From Reclinomonas americana ATCC 50394 (lineage: Eukaryota), in NCBI GenBank assembly GCA_048213135.1, contig PS015034.1, positions 12,054 to 76,053 on the forward strand: a stretch of 64,000 nt of DNA. Reading direction: 5' to 3'. Positions 1 to 41,349 of the stretch are shown here, piece by piece. Numbering within the stretch: position 1 is the first letter of the stretch; the number at the start of each line of letters is the position of its first letter. Below the pieces are notes generated by a model. It did no database searches. It worked only from the letters and a program-made list of their open reading frames with translations, and was not told the DNA's origin. The translations under genes and the position numbers were made by a program.

Positions 1-51
1 GCACTTCCCTTCCCCATCCCTCTCGCTCACTCACTGCGGTGACGAGCACAG

Positions 52-27457
<27,406 letters not shown>

Positions 27458-27589
27458 TGACGAGTAATGGTGTTTTTTTTGGTTGGAGGGGGAATTGTGA
27501 GTACTTTTTTTACGTGTAGACTTGACAGGCGATGAAATGATGTCACAAAATTTTTCATAGATGTGCAGCACTGGAGCATTATTTAGCTC

Positions 27590-30500
27590 TCAGTGCCGAC
27601 TTAATCTCTTCTCGATCTCCTGCAGCACCGCCAACCAGCGCACGTCGCGATCCTCCACCTTTCTCCGCGGATCCCAGTCCATGTGCTGCGTCGCATTGAC
27701 TTCCTCGCGCAACTCCTCCGGCAACCGGTTCCACGCACTCTCCACCTTTGGCTGATCGATAATGGCCAGCAGGGCCTCGATCTCGTCGTCGGTCCACCGC
27801 AGCGCTCCACGCTGCTGTCTCTCGGCGCGGTACATGTTGCAGGCGGACCAAAACGCCAAGCACAGGGTGACGCGATGCATGTCCGCATCCACCGCTTGCT
27901 CGCCGAGGCACATGACAGTGGCGTCGGAGATGGTGTGGTATGCACGAGCCCATTCCGATTGCTGTAGTTGGGCGGAGACAAAACGTGATGAGTAACCAGA
28001 CTAATCGCGTCGTGCGGCGATGCATGTGTACCTGGAAGCGGAAGCGTTCGTCGTTCCAGTCTCCGTCGGCAATGTGGAACTGGTTGATCGAGTGCAACAG
28101 TCGACGGCACATGATGCGACAGAGGCGACAGTACAGCGACGACCACGGGTACTGGTGATCGCCGCGACTTTGCTGGTGCGACAGCAGCGAACTGAGCCGT
28201 TCCACCGACTCTCCGAGGCACTCGTGCACCACCAGTGCGTCGATCAGGTTGATGGTTACCATGGAGGCGAAATCGCTCGAGTGGAGCGCTCCCGCGATCG
28301 CACGGCACTGTCGAATGGCGTAGCTGGCGTCGTGTGTAGGCGACAACTCAATAAACTGAGAGCACACTTGTGGGAAGGGCGGCAGGTCTGTGAAGATGGC
28401 GCTGCGAATGAGCGTCGAGAGGGAACGAGTGACACCGACAACGCTTGCGCGCGTAACTGTGTGCATGGCGGTAGAACTCGGAGAGATAAAAGTAAAAGAG
28501 AAACACTCGCCGAGGTGTGGACTCATCGCGCTTCATCGCCATCAGGTAGCCGTCGATGCACACCTCGCGCAGTCTGTGCCAGTGGCGCAGACTCGCCAAC
28601 ACGTAGCTGCCACCAATATGAACCAGCGATCGGTTCTGCTCGTCGTCGATTTTGTGCAGTTGCACGTAGTCGTGCGCCAGATCCACACATTGCATGGCGG
28701 CGTCACCGTTGCACATGTGCACGTGATTGCGCGCCATCACAATGTGGGCGTGCAGAATCGGGTCCACTCCCACCGTGCAGTCAAAGTGTATCCGCTCGAC
28801 TGCCGGCATCTCCGTGCGCAGAATGCGCTGCAGCTGGGTGTACGCCTCCTGGGCAGCCGGCAGCTCGCCGCGCATTGTGAAATGCACAATGGTGGACCGG
28901 TAGTAGCTGATTCGCCGACGCAGATCGCTGATGCTCGACAGCACCTCCGTCAGTTCGGTCCACACGCGATGCAGCTCGCTCGCCCGCGAATGCCCCTCCA
29001 GCGTGTGCGTAATGTTGAGAAGGTGTGAAAGCACATCAAAGCGCAGCTCACTGGACAAGTGAGTCGATTTGATCTGTGAGGCAAGAAAGCGATCATCGTC
29101 AGCATGTGGTTGCATGCCAGTGCGCATTCGATCGCAGCAATCACGGAAACGCACCCGTGGCTCGTTCAGCATGACCAGCGTCTGTCCAATCACATCCTCA
29201 GCCGCGTCGGAGGCACCGGTGTTGGCCAGCGATTCTCCCAGCAGGCGCATCATGTAAAGCTTGGTCTTCTGGCCGTCGAATGACTCGCCTAAGTGCAGAT
29301 GCATACGGCTTGTGAGCGACGTCGACAGCAAACTTGCCTTCTTCTTTCCCTTCTTATCTCTTTTCTTATCTTGCCATCTCATATCTTCTTTTCTCTTCTT
29401 ACCTCTTTTCTTACCTTGCCTTCTCATATCTTCCTTCTTTTCTCCTCTCTTCTCCTCCCTATTTTCTCCGCTCTTCTTTTCTCTCTTCTCTCTTTTCCTC
29501 CCTCTCCTCTCCTCTCCTCTCCTCTCCTCTCCTCTCCTCTCCTCTCCTCTCCTCTCCTCTCCTCTCCTCTCCTCTCCTCTCCTCTCCTCTCCTCTCCTCT
29601 CCTCTCCTCTCCTCTCCTCTCCTCTCTTCTCCTCCCTCCTCCTGCAACCCGACACGCACCTGCCGCCCACTTCCCGAAGAACGCCAGGCCCTTCTCCACC
29701 ACCGCCACAGCCTCGTGATTCGCGCCTGCCGCCGCCTGCATGCTGGCGTGCGAGAAGATGTACAGCATGGACTTGAGCACGAATGTCTCACAGTCGCCGT
29801 CGTCGAGGTCCTCCGACTCGGACTCGGCCAGCACGCCCTGCGCGTGCGTCGAGATGTTGGACAGCAGAGGCAACATCATGGACATGTGGCGAGCGTGTGC
29901 GCCATCCAAAGTTGGAGGCTGCCCCAACACGTTAGTTTAACGAGATTGATGCAACAGCGACAATCAAGCGTGACGACGGTACGCACCTCGTTGGAGGCAG
30001 TCAGTCGCTCGTACATAAAGGTGTGGTACTTGGCGCGCTCCGCCCGCGGAACGAGCTCATACAGCGCTGCCGCTGTGGTGGTTTGCACAAACTCAAACTG
30101 CAGGTTGCGTGGATCGACGGCGGCAGCCTCGCCATTCGCCGCGGCGGCGGCGGCGGCGCCCTTGCTCTTGGCAAACCATCGTCGTTTCTGCGCCTCAGAA
30201 GAAGAGGAAGACGATGCCCCACCCTTCTTGGGCTGCGCGATCTCGGTGGACACCAGCAGACCCACGGCCACGGCGCCTTGCAGGAGCTCAGCCACCTGCT
30301 CGACTGTCATGTCGCCCACGTCGCCGACCACAGCAGCCAGCAAGTCGGCCGCCGTGAAGGGCGCACCCATGCTGATGGCACTCGCTGCATCAAAAGGCGT
30401 GGTGAGTGAAAGCACGGCGCGTACACAGCTGTTGCAGCTCGCTCGGCACAAACCTCGGCGAAGCATGTCACGCTCTCTCGCGCTCATCATATCGTACCGC

Positions 30501-33500
30501 TTCTGAATGGATGGATCCAGTCGGTGGGCAAAGTGAATAGTTTCCGCGTCGGCCACGTTGGTGAACTGCAATGAGCGGTGAGACGCATCATCAGACCACT
30601 GCTTTTCTGCTGCGACGGCGGCGCGCCGTACGAAACTCGGCAGTATCCATCTTCGATGACCAGCAGCTTCTTGTCGATGAAGCAGCGAACAACGCTGCCG
30701 AGACGGCCGGGCCAGCCCTCGCTCTTTTTCCACACTTGATTGGCCACGTAGCCAGACAAGGTGCGCGAGCCAGTGGCCAGTCGTGCGTACTCGGCACAGT
30801 CGCCGTAGGTGAGTTGTGCGAGGAACAGAGTCTGTGCGTGCACGCAATAAAAAATACACAATCAGTCTTCCTTGCGAACACTCCCCTCGATGCGACACAC
30901 AAACGCGGACTCACCCTCAGATCCACTTCCGTGTGCTTCGCCTCGAGACCCACCAGCCGCAGGACCTCGTTGTGCACGCCGGCAGCTCGCGATGTCTTCT
31001 CCACCAGCGTGCGATAGCCGAACACCACCAGGCACGGGAGGCGCAGTTTGCGCTGCGGGACGTACATGTTCTCCGACTGCCAGTTCTCAAACACCAAGTA
31101 CCGATGGAGCAGGCTGCGCGACTCCGAGTCCATGGAGTGCATACTCTCGATGGCCAGCAGCACGGCACCCGGCGACTGTCCGACCGCACGACGTGCCAGC
31201 TCGTCAAACACCACCACGGCCAACTCGGCGCGAGCTTGTATCATCTCTGGGCGGCGCAGACACCGTACTTGTGGCGTCTCAACAAAGCTGACGTCGGCGA
31301 AAATGTTCAGCAGCGAGGCCAGATGTTGGCACAAAATGTCTTTCAGCACTTGCGTGAGGAGGCGCTTGGCGCGCTTCTCGTACGACACGATGCAACTGTC
31401 GAGCGGCGGCACAGGTGAGACATACGAAGCTACGAGCATGCCGACGACCGTCGTTACAACGAAACTCTTTCGAAGTGAGCGCGTTGATGAGGAACTTGAA
31501 GGCCTGACGCCAGTACCCAAAGGACTCGCTAGCAATTGCCTCCTGCTCTGCGCAAAAGATGACGGCCGGCTGCAAACACAGACAGAGATCGGTTCAGTGA
31601 CCAGTAGATGGCGCAGTGCACACAGCGAACACATTGTTCCTCCAAAAACCTTTGCAGCCTCTGGCAATCGATCGCGGCAAACGTTGACAAAATGCCGCAC
31701 GAGAGTGCGCGTGCCGGAGCCAGCAGCACCCGCCACCGCCACCACATGGCGGGTACGGTGAGCCACCACCGCCCCCGTGGCCATGACATCCTCCACAGAG
31801 AACATGGCACGCTTCTCGCGCGACGTGTGGGAGAGAGTGGAGTCCCAGGCGCGCACGAGAATTTCCAGCTCCGATTGTCGGCCAACTGCAAGCGAAATAT
31901 GAGCACCACCTGCCGAAAGCGGTGGAGATGTGTGGTGGTGCAACTTACCGAAATGCCTGTTGCGAATCACTTGCGACGCGCGCGCCGCTGTGTCGGATTC
32001 ACTCAGCGCCCTCACCAAGGCGTAGCACTTGACTGGCCGTTTCTTGCCTGTAAGCAGCAGCAGCATCAGTCACTCTAGAACCCTCCTGTACTTTTTCTTC
32101 TTCATCTTCTTCACGTACCGGAGATCGTGACCATGAGCGCATCGCGTGCCACCACACTGTACTCGTCATCAATGGTGCCAGGGGGGGTCGACGTAGCCAC
32201 ACTTGATGCCACTCCGTCGGCAACCAGCGCCGGCAATCGCTTCTCCGTGGACACTGCGCACACGCCCACGCCACCATGAATAAATGCGTCGATTGAGACG
32301 TGCAACAAGTCATTCGCTTGTCATTTTGCTTGCCACGCACCATCAGAGACCAACAAATGGCGCCTGCCAAAGTTGACCTCGCTGGCCAAGCGAACCGCCA
32401 GACGCGCCAAGTCGCCAATTACGGCAAAATCTCGACGACTGGCCCCGCCCACGGCGCCCACGTACGCATGACCGCCAGCTACACCGACCGCGGCGAGCAG
32501 GGGCAGTGCGCTGAGTCGGTCGGCGACCTTGCTTGCGGCCTGCAACGCTCTCCGGTGCAGTGCGTCGGCGGAATTGTCGCCGCCGGCGGGTTTCGAGGCG
32601 CCGAACAGCAGCATAGCCTTGAGGCCACGCTCCGTTGATGGCACCAAGAGAAGAGTGCCGTCAGTCTCCACTGCCGTGTGCTGCAACATTATCACAATGT
32701 CGCTCAAGTCACTGCGCGTAAAAAAAACACAATCCGTGAGCACCACAAAACCGGGAGACACGTAACCAAACTGTCGACGCACCGAGAGTTGAGTTTGAGC
32801 CACTCGGCAGCCGGGGCGGCATCGTCAACAAGCGTAATGTAAACCATGGCCAAGTAACGCACAGCGCTGCGTCGTACTCGGTCACGAGCCGTTCCTGTCT
32901 CGGCGAGGGCGTTGACTACATCGTCGCTGAGCATGCTGCCCAATGCCTTCAGCATGACCTCACTGCTGTCGATGGCCACTTCGCCTGCCGGTACCGCATC
33001 AGTCGACGGCGGAAGCGTCGGTGGCAGTGGCGGCATCTGCGGTACGGCAGTGGCCATGGTGGACTCCGAGGGCGTAAAGACAGAGTTGTTGGCCGCGCAG
33101 CGCACTTTGTACAGCGCCACTGCTGCCCGGCCGCCGTCAGTGATCTTGGTCGACTGCACTCCGAGCAAGCTGACAAGCCGCCTGCTCCACCGTGTGTGAG
33201 GAGGCGAGGAAAAGAGCACACGAGGAGGGTGTCAGAACGCAACGGATGCAACGGAGCAATGCGCGACAGCTCCTGATGGGTCGAGGCCGTGCCCACAAGT
33301 TCGCTTCGGTTGGCGGCATTCACGGCGCGTTGCACCGCCTCGAATGCCGTCCCACCAAAGATGTAGTGCCACTTGCCGTTGACTCCGCCAAAGAGGCGCA
33401 GAATCAAGTCGCCGTCGCCGACACCTTGAGAAGAATCGCACGAATATTCAGCATATGAAATAATACTGCTTGTGATCGAATCAGCACGCGACTTACCCGC

Positions 33501-36500
33501 TTGCGCATTGATGGTAGTGCCGCGGAACTTGAACGTTGACGACTGCGCCAGAATACTCGTGGCACAGAGGAGGGCCCGAATCGTGGGACCCGGCAGCGCC
33601 TCGGTGTCGTTGCAGGCTTGCTGAAGTGCAGCATTGAGCACGTCCGAGTCCACCGCATTGGTGGCGTACTCGTGTCGCAGGCACGCAGTCAGATGCGAAA
33701 CAAGGAAGTGGTGGTCGCCCTCGCCATCGTCAAAGTACAGCACCGCACTGCTGCCGGTGAGCGACAATACATCGCCACGGAAAGTGCGCACAGCGGTGCA
33801 AATCATGCCAAAATACTCGCCCATGAGACGGCGCACGTCGGTCACGTTGGCGTTGCCGGCGGCTTCGGTGCAGAGTCGATCGCAATGAGCGTCAAAGCCT
33901 GCGGAAGAGCACACATGGATATTCTCGTCACACCACTGCTTATGTGTGCGCAACAACGCACCTCCAAACTCCAGCAGCACCACGGATCCATGTGTTCTCC
34001 ACGTGACGCTTCCATCCAGTGGCTGCTGACGAGTGACGCAAAAGAGTTGTGCGGCCTTTTGCACAAGAAGCGGTGTGCATTCGCTGCAAGGGAATACAGC
34101 ATGTCAGCCAAGCGTGTGCATGTGCTTCATCCCACCCTGCAAGGTTGCGTACTCACCGCACGCTGTCGAGAGTGAACGCAAGATCCTCGAGTGGTCCATC
34201 AAGCACCTCGCTACTGTCGCCGAAATCGCTGGGAATGAGGGGCGGCGGCTCGTCGCTTAAGTCGCGCATCGCCGGTGAAGGTGAGAGTGACATGCGTCGT
34301 CGCATCGACGATGTGGACATGGGGCTGGCCACCGACAACGACATGCGACGAATGTGTACCGCTGCTGTTGGTGTCTCTGCGCCGACCGCTGCGCCGACCG
34401 TGTCGATGGCCGGCGGCACTCGCGATCTGGCAAGTGCTGGCGGCGCCGCTGGCGACTCGTGCTCCAGTCCCGCGTCAGTCGTCTCCAGCTCTGGCGCAGT
34501 CGCGAAACCCACAACTCGCTCGCGGCTGCCCGGCACCGGCGACGCAGAGCGATGCCGTACGTGCGACGAGCACAGCGCAGGAGCCAGCTTGTGCCGAGGC
34601 GAGTTCGGTGCCGAGGAGGACGACGATGCTAGTGGTTGTGGTGGTTGTTGTGGTTGTTGCAATGGCGGTGGCGGTGGTGGCGGCGGACTCTCAGGAGTGC
34701 GAGCTTGTGGCTGCTGAGATGGGTGCATCGGCTTCGCATTCGTCGGCGATGTCAACGTGAGCGATGCTGACGGCGAGGTGGCGAGAGAGTCGCCAATGAT
34801 CAACAAGTCGCTGGGCGAAGGTGGAGCAACGATCCACGGTCCGCGAGATGGCGACACGGCAGTGCGCATCGCACCGTAAGCAGACGGCGACGAGTTCAAC
34901 CGCATGGTGGCGCGCGCCAGTGGCGACAAAGCACCATATGGACCATCCATGCTGTCGGACTGGGCCGACGGGAACACATGCTGCGGCACCAACGCAGCAG
35001 GGGCCGGATGAAGCATCTCAATGGCTCCCCACTCGGCGTGGTCCGCCAGTGGCTGCGGCGGGAAGACGTCTTGCGAGGCCTCACATGCGGCCGGCGCTGG
35101 CCACGGTTGAAGCAATGACCGAGCCTCCAAGGCCTGCAGTCGGCGACCCGACGGCACCGCCGAGGCCGACATGGAACGCAAATGCGCACGCCCTCCACTC
35201 GTCGCCGGTCCAACGTCGGGCAGCATCTGCGGGTGCGGATCCGCCAGTGCCGACAGCGAGTCAAGATCGGGATCTCGGTTGCCGCGGCAAGGGTCGGGCA
35301 GCAATCCACGACCGTCGCCGTTGACAAGGACCATGGACATTTGGGCTACACGCATTGGCATGCGCGCACCGCCCTGCGATCTCGGGCGGCCCCGTCTGGC
35401 ACCCGGCTCGCGGCCAAACAAATCCGTCGATACGCTGTCATCGGTGCCGGCGGGTGATGGCGTACGAGATGCCGTCGTGTGCGAGAGCGGGCCAACGGCA
35501 CCTGGCGACATGGACAGCCGCGCCCTCTGTTGCGCGAGCAGGTGAGTGGGTGGTGACGGTGGCGGCAACATTCGGATTGGCACAGCCTGCCGCGCCGCCG
35601 GTGCAGCGTCGGAGGCCGGTGGAACAGCATCGCCGCTCTTGGACGGCGAGCTTGCAGGAGATTTCTGCTGCTGCGAAAAGGCGGAGGCGGACGATGACGA
35701 CGACGAATATGGCAGTGGCGATGGCGCCGTTGATGTGGCGGGTGAGCGTGATCGCGACGCCGAGGAATTCGACGAAGCGCGGAGTCGACGGATGGCATCA
35801 CGACGCCGCTTCTCCTCCTCCTCGACGGGAATAAATGCTGGAAATGAGACCATGGCGGTGCGCTGCGGGGTGACGAGTGGTTTCGGCGGAGTCGCCGTGG
35901 CACCGTCAAACAGCAACTGTTCCACCATGTCGGGCATTGGTGCCGGTCGCCGAGGTTGGATCTCAGGCAGCCGCCCAACGCCAATGGCGAACGCGGCGGC
36001 AGATGACGAGGACTCCAGCATCGGCTCCACACTCGTGGCGTCCGTGTCGGCTGCTGTCGCAGAAAATGGCGCCAGCAGCTCACGAGGCGCAGGCAGGGAT
36101 CCTCCCTGCCGAACTCCGCTAGACAGTGGTCGCAGTACAAACGGCTTGGGAAACGGTTGAAGTACGTGCCCACCAGTCATTGTGACTTCGGGGATGCCGT
36201 TCGGCATACCGCCACCCGCTGTTGTTGTTGTTGGTGACTCGTTGCGCATCAGGCGAATACGGCGTGCCACCGTGGCCGACACGCCGTACGACGGATCCAC
36301 TGGGGAACCTGCCTGTGTAACTTGCCTTCCTGCGGCGGGCGCCGGTGGTGGTGAACCCTCGAGTGGTACCACAAGTGGCTGGCCTTGATCGTCGCTCGCA
36401 GACGCCGCCGCCACCATGTGAATGGTCACTGCCGGTAGCGCAGTTTGCACATACGTGGTTGTGGTGGATGGAGAGGGAGAGCGGGCCGTGTGGCGGGCTG

Positions 36501-38684
36501 ACGACGAGGAGGACAACTGCTGCTGCCGACTTGAGGGTCGTGAGTGACCAGCTGTGGCGCTGGGTTGCGGAGATGCAACGACACCAGAGGGAGCAGCAGA
36601 TGGAGCAATGCACACGCGGTCGAGTGCACTGCTTGGTGCCGCTGGTGATGCAGTTTGCCGACCGGACCTTGTGCGTGCAGCAGAAGCCGCTCCGCCGCGA
36701 CCCGAGTGATCCACTGGTCTGAGTTCCACCAGCGGCGCGAGTGGCGCTGGCGGTACCGGTTCAACTGCACGGTCGGCAGCGGCGGTGGTGGCACAGATGG
36801 TCGAAATGGTGTCTGTCGTGGCCGTCGGTGCCGCGTTGGCGACAGATGTGGCGACGACCGCAGAGTTGATGACGGCGGCGGCGGGAGAGGCGAGGGCCGA
36901 GGCCATTGAGTTGTGTGACGCCGATGACACAGAGGAGGTGGCAGGAGAAGCACGGACCACTCTGCTCAACAGGTCGAGGCGTGAGAAAGCAGCAATGCGC
37001 CGGCATGAATGAATGATACACGGATCGCATACCGCCAGTGCGAGGGTGACGACAACACCAAGGGCGCCGGCGGCGGCGAGGCAATCAATCCACGCGAGTC
37101 AGCGATGGTGTCCTCGTCAGGGGGAGCAATCGGCCGCAGTCCATTGTCGACAGCTGTGGATCCAGGCGACAGGAGGGAGTAGCTGGTGGCCCACCACATG
37201 GCCAGTGTTCCCGGACTGTTCAACATCACAGTCTCTAAATTAGCGGTGGCAAGTTTGTTGAGAAAATGGCAACACACGCACCTGGAGACGGGCGGCGAGA
37301 ACAGTCCAACATCCACACTCCCACCATCCTCATCGTACGCACAATCGGTAACCACATCGATTTGAAGCCTGTCAGCTCCATTCGACGACGGCTCCATGTA
37401 ATCTAGTGGCATCGACTCCATCTGCTGCTCATCGTCGGCCACCGCCGACGGTCCCAGCGACGACTCACGATCGCCGTCGCCTTCAACCAGCGAGAAGCAG
37501 CCTTGTGGTGACTGCGCACACGAGTCACCAGCATCCACGACATCCTCCGTATCCTCGTCGTCGTTGTCGATGTCGTTCGCCGGAGGCAGTCCCTCTGGTG
37601 GCGACTCTTCTGCATACACCTCGTTATCCAACTCCAGCGACCCTGTTGATGACATAAACAAGCATGAGCCGCAACACAACACCAGAATGCGTCCCAGCTG
37701 CAGGCAGGCACAAACGCACGAGCGGACGAGTGCTGACTGGAGTCGGTCTCGGGCAGNNNNNNNNNNNNNNNNNNNNTGCCGTCGGTGCCAGTGGACCGAG
37801 TGACCAGCTCGATTCTGCAGCGCTTGTCGCCGGCGGAGAAGATGCAGCGAGTGGAGGCCTTGACGAATTTGGTGACGCGACCGCTGCATGACGACATGAC
37901 GCCGTTGCCGATTCCGGAAATGGCGTCGGATCGCGATTATCAGTTGCTGCTCACGTCGCGGCATGCGGCGACGGATTCGTCGTCGAGTAAGCGCGGCGCG
38001 CATGCCATTGATTTGCTGTTTTCGCGAGCGGTGGGTCGCGAATATCGATCCTTAACCAATCAGAAACAGCAGCAGCAGCCGCAGCAGCCGCAGAAGATAC
38101 CGCAGCAGCTGTCACCAGTTGCCTTGTCGGCGCCGCCGTCGCACAGACAACCGGCGGTGCGCTTTTCGGCGGCCACTGTCCTGGCTCCGNNNNNNNNNNN
38201 NNNNNNNNNGCAGCAGCGGTGACGCAGCCGACGGAACAGACACTGGCGGCGGTGGCGACGGCGGCGGCGGCGTGGGACGACGACGCGGCGATGGTGTCCG
38301 CGACGTTTGCCGCGACCATGCGCTGACCGGCCGCGTGACCAGCGTATGCCATCGTCGCTCTTCACTGGCTCCATCGTGATCAATCAGCGGCGATGCTGCT
38401 GCCGCTGCTGCTGCGGGTTGTCGCTGACGTGATGCTGGTCTGTTGGGCAACGCGACAACTGTCTCGTTTCCGCTGCGCGTGCGTCGGTGTGGTGATGGCG
38501 ACGGGGACGGTGATGGAGATGAGGCGGCTGAGGAGGAGGAGGAGTGGTGGTGACCAGTGCCCGGTCGACTGATGAGTGGAGGAGGCACTCGCCATGCGGT
38601 GCTGGCCATGGGCGGTTGAGGAGGTGGCACCAAGACGGCACTGTGTGGGCCGACCACCATGGGCAGCGTGCGCCCGCCACTCAT
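27590..38684 (-). CDS. ADCY10/soluble adenylyl cyclase-like protein: long low-complexity N-terminus, two degenerate class III cyclase domains, degenerate P-loop/STAND-like domain, helical C-terminus
   Basis: C1: VVLLEFGGFDAHCDRL...MGEYFGMICTAVRTFRGDVLSLTGSSAVLYF...FGGVNGKWHYIFGG. C2: VGVAGGHAYVGAVGGASRRDFAVIGDLARLAVRLA...GKKRPVKCY. NTPase: LAVGRQSELEIL...VVAVAGAAGSGTRTLV...LLAIESMHSMDSES. The donor at 34156 joins the 2.8-kb low-complexity exon to C1. Stop TGA at 27590. The start at 38684 is tentative, and 37777-38189 is inverted. Confidence 0.8.
29500..29630. repeat. (CTCCT)n pentamer microsatellite, intronic
   Basis: Tandem cctctcctct inside an intron of the cyclase-like gene. Confidence 0.9.
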
Positions 38685-39488
38685 GTGTGTGCGTGTGGGT
38701 GCGTGCGTGCGTGTGGGTGCGTGCGTGTACGCGTGTGTGAGTGTGAGTGGCACGTGTTGTGTTTCTCTCGTCAAATAGTTCAAAACGTCGATTTGCAATA
38801 ACAGTTTTCAGCATGAAACGGCTAGCCGCGTCGGAAAAGTGTGAAATACCAGCACTGGTGTTTGCCCGTCGGTGAGAGTGTGGCAGCGGGGTAGAGCGCT
38901 GGTTAGTGGAGAGGAACAGCATAGCACGCGAGCGCAGTGACGAAAGAGGAAGAGAAAGGGTATACGTATATTATATTGGAAGAAATACTCAATTGGTACA
39001 GTTTTGCGTACAATTATTTGAGGGTGATGACACGGACGCGGAAGGGTGCTAGGATGGGGTGCAGGCCTGGAGATAAGGGAGCGTTTGAGTCGCACAAGTG
39101 GCCATCTTGGCGATTTCTTTCGCGAATTTTTCACCAGTATTTGGTCTTTCGACATAATTGTTAAATGGGAGCGCCTGTGTAAGACGCAATTCTTGGCAAG
39201 CGCTGTCCTTGCCTAGTTGATGCACGGGAACCTATCGTTGCCACCATGGTCTGGTCCGATCGCGATCGAATATCGGAGCGGTATTACAGATCTTGATATT
39301 GCATTGCTCATCGGCACACATGAATGCACGCTTCTCTGATGATTGTTGTTCTTTGCTGTTGCGTCGCTCTCTTCCTAGTCTCGGAGATGTGTGCGCAGAA
39401 TATTGACTCAGCGGATTGTCCACGCCAGTGACGTCACTTTCGTCACACGAACCCAATTGAAGTGCGACGCGAGAGAGCAGACGAGACA

Positions 39489-41210
39489 ATGGCCAGTGCG
39501 TAATCACCCCCCTCCTTCCCTCTGCACCAGTGCACTCACTCATGCCACCACACATGCGCAGTGAGCAACGAACAAGAGAGTGCGTGCGACACGTACTGCT
39601 CTCTCTCTCTCCCTCTACCCTGTCACTGACTGCTCTATGCAGTACTGTTCTCACCCACAACAGAGACTGGCGGACTGGCCAGTGGGCTTGTGGACGCGAC
39701 CGATGTGCAGCAAGCAGTGGCCGCACTGGTGCCATTCTTCCGAGGTTAGACCTCTCTCTCTCTCTCTCTCACTCCCTCCCACCCTTCCTCTCTTCTCACT
39801 GACCACCTCCTGCGCAGAAGTGGAGCTCTCACCCCTCTCACCAGTCCCGCCACTGTCACCAGTGATTGAGGAGAGTGAGCGAGATCAGAGCTTGCGGGCA
39901 TTGGTGGAGGCCGAATGTTGCGACTGCGAGTGCGCTTCTACAAAAGGCCAACTGCTGGTGAGCCTCACACTCGCGCATACAGTGCTCGTGGACGTGGATG
40001 ATTTTGACAAGGGCCATGACGACGACCGCGATGAGGAGGAGCAGGAACACGAGTTGCAGGTGGCCGAGGACGTGGAAGAAGAGGATCAGGAGGAGAAAGA
40101 GCTCTGCAGCGTGGAGGACACCAGCAACAAGGAGAACGCACGGCCGCCTCTCCGTGAGCGACAGCCGGAAGTCGCCGGCTCAGCGGCTGGCACCTCTGGC
40201 GAGCGTCTGATGGCGGCGAACGAGAGCATACGCGAGTTGCAAGCGCATGTCGACATGCACCGTCGTGCCAACGAAAAGTACGTGAGAGGCGGCTCCATCT
40301 CTCGGTGCCTGCATGAGACTGATCGTGACATGCAGCATGCTGGAGGAGCTGGATATGATGCGCTTGAAACTTGCAGAGGCCGAGTCGCAGCGTCTCGAGG
40401 CCACCACAGCCAAACGTCGCATGACCAAGCGTTGCGTAAAGACCGCGACCCTCTCATGCATCTTCCTCACCTGACCGATTCTCCGTGCAGAACACTCGGC
40501 GCTGAAGGACAAGGTGGTGCTGCTGGAGGAGGAACTAAAGCTGCGCGACCAGAACCTGACCGATTTGCGCAAGCGCGAGGAAGACACGCGCAAAACCCTC
40601 CTCACCCTGCGCAAGGAAAAAGGTGCTCCATGAACCGTGTCAGATTACTCGCACCCGAAACTCACTTATCCCTCATGCGCGCAGAGACCGCCAAGTTGCA
40701 CCAGCAGGAGCACAAGCGCACGGAAAACGAGCTCAAGACGGCCATCGACAGTCAGTCGGCGTGCATCCGCGATTTGGAAGGCAAGGTCGATTCGCTGCGG
40801 AGTGCGCTCACCTTTGAGTTCGACCTGCGCAAGAATCTCGACGAGGTGAGGCCGCCCTTCCCTTTCCCCCAATTGCAGTTGCTCATGCCTGCTCATGATC
40901 ACAGGCGCTTCGTGAGATGACCACGCAAGTGACGGCCATGCGAGCAGAGATTGGGGGCGTCGACGGAAGCACGCTGTCGCCGTCATCAACCACGACGACG
41001 ATGACGCCGACGGGCGACGACACCGAGGACGGTACGGAACTGGCCTCACTTGGTGCCAGCATCCAGCAGTTGCACAAGCATCAGCACGAGTGGGGCACCA
41101 CGCTGCGCACGGAGCACGCTCACAACGTGCAGGCCACCACCAAGTGGTTGACGACCAACATCGTCCTCAGCTTGGTCACACTCACGTGCTTCGCCGTTCT
41201 CTTCTTGTGA
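39489..41210 (+). CDS. Coiled-coil protein with an acidic region and a C-terminal transmembrane tail anchor
   Basis: Exons give heptad-rich stretches (NESIRELQAHVDMHRRANEK, LKDKVVLLEEELKLRDQNLTDLRKREE, IRDLEGKVDSLRSAL) and end NIVLSLVTLTCFAVLFL-TGA at 41210. The start is tentative. Confidence 0.65.
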
Positions 41211-41349
41211 AGCAAGAAGCAGAAAGAGGGAAGAAAGAGAGAGAGAGAAAAAAAAGGAGGTGGCACAGTAAAGGTCCTGCATCAAAAAAAAACAAATCCA
41301 AAAAGGAAAAGGCTCGCTCACTGCATTGGCAATTAGTCTCATCACTATC

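Noticed and set aside
28390-29028. Plus-strand 212-aa ORF and similar overlapping ORFs
   Set aside because: Antisense shadows of GC-rich exons of the minus-strand cyclase-like gene.
38800-39480. RNA gene or mobile element in the longest intergenic region
   Set aside because: No tRNA/snRNA motifs or terminal repeats were recognised; it is probably a divergent promoter region.
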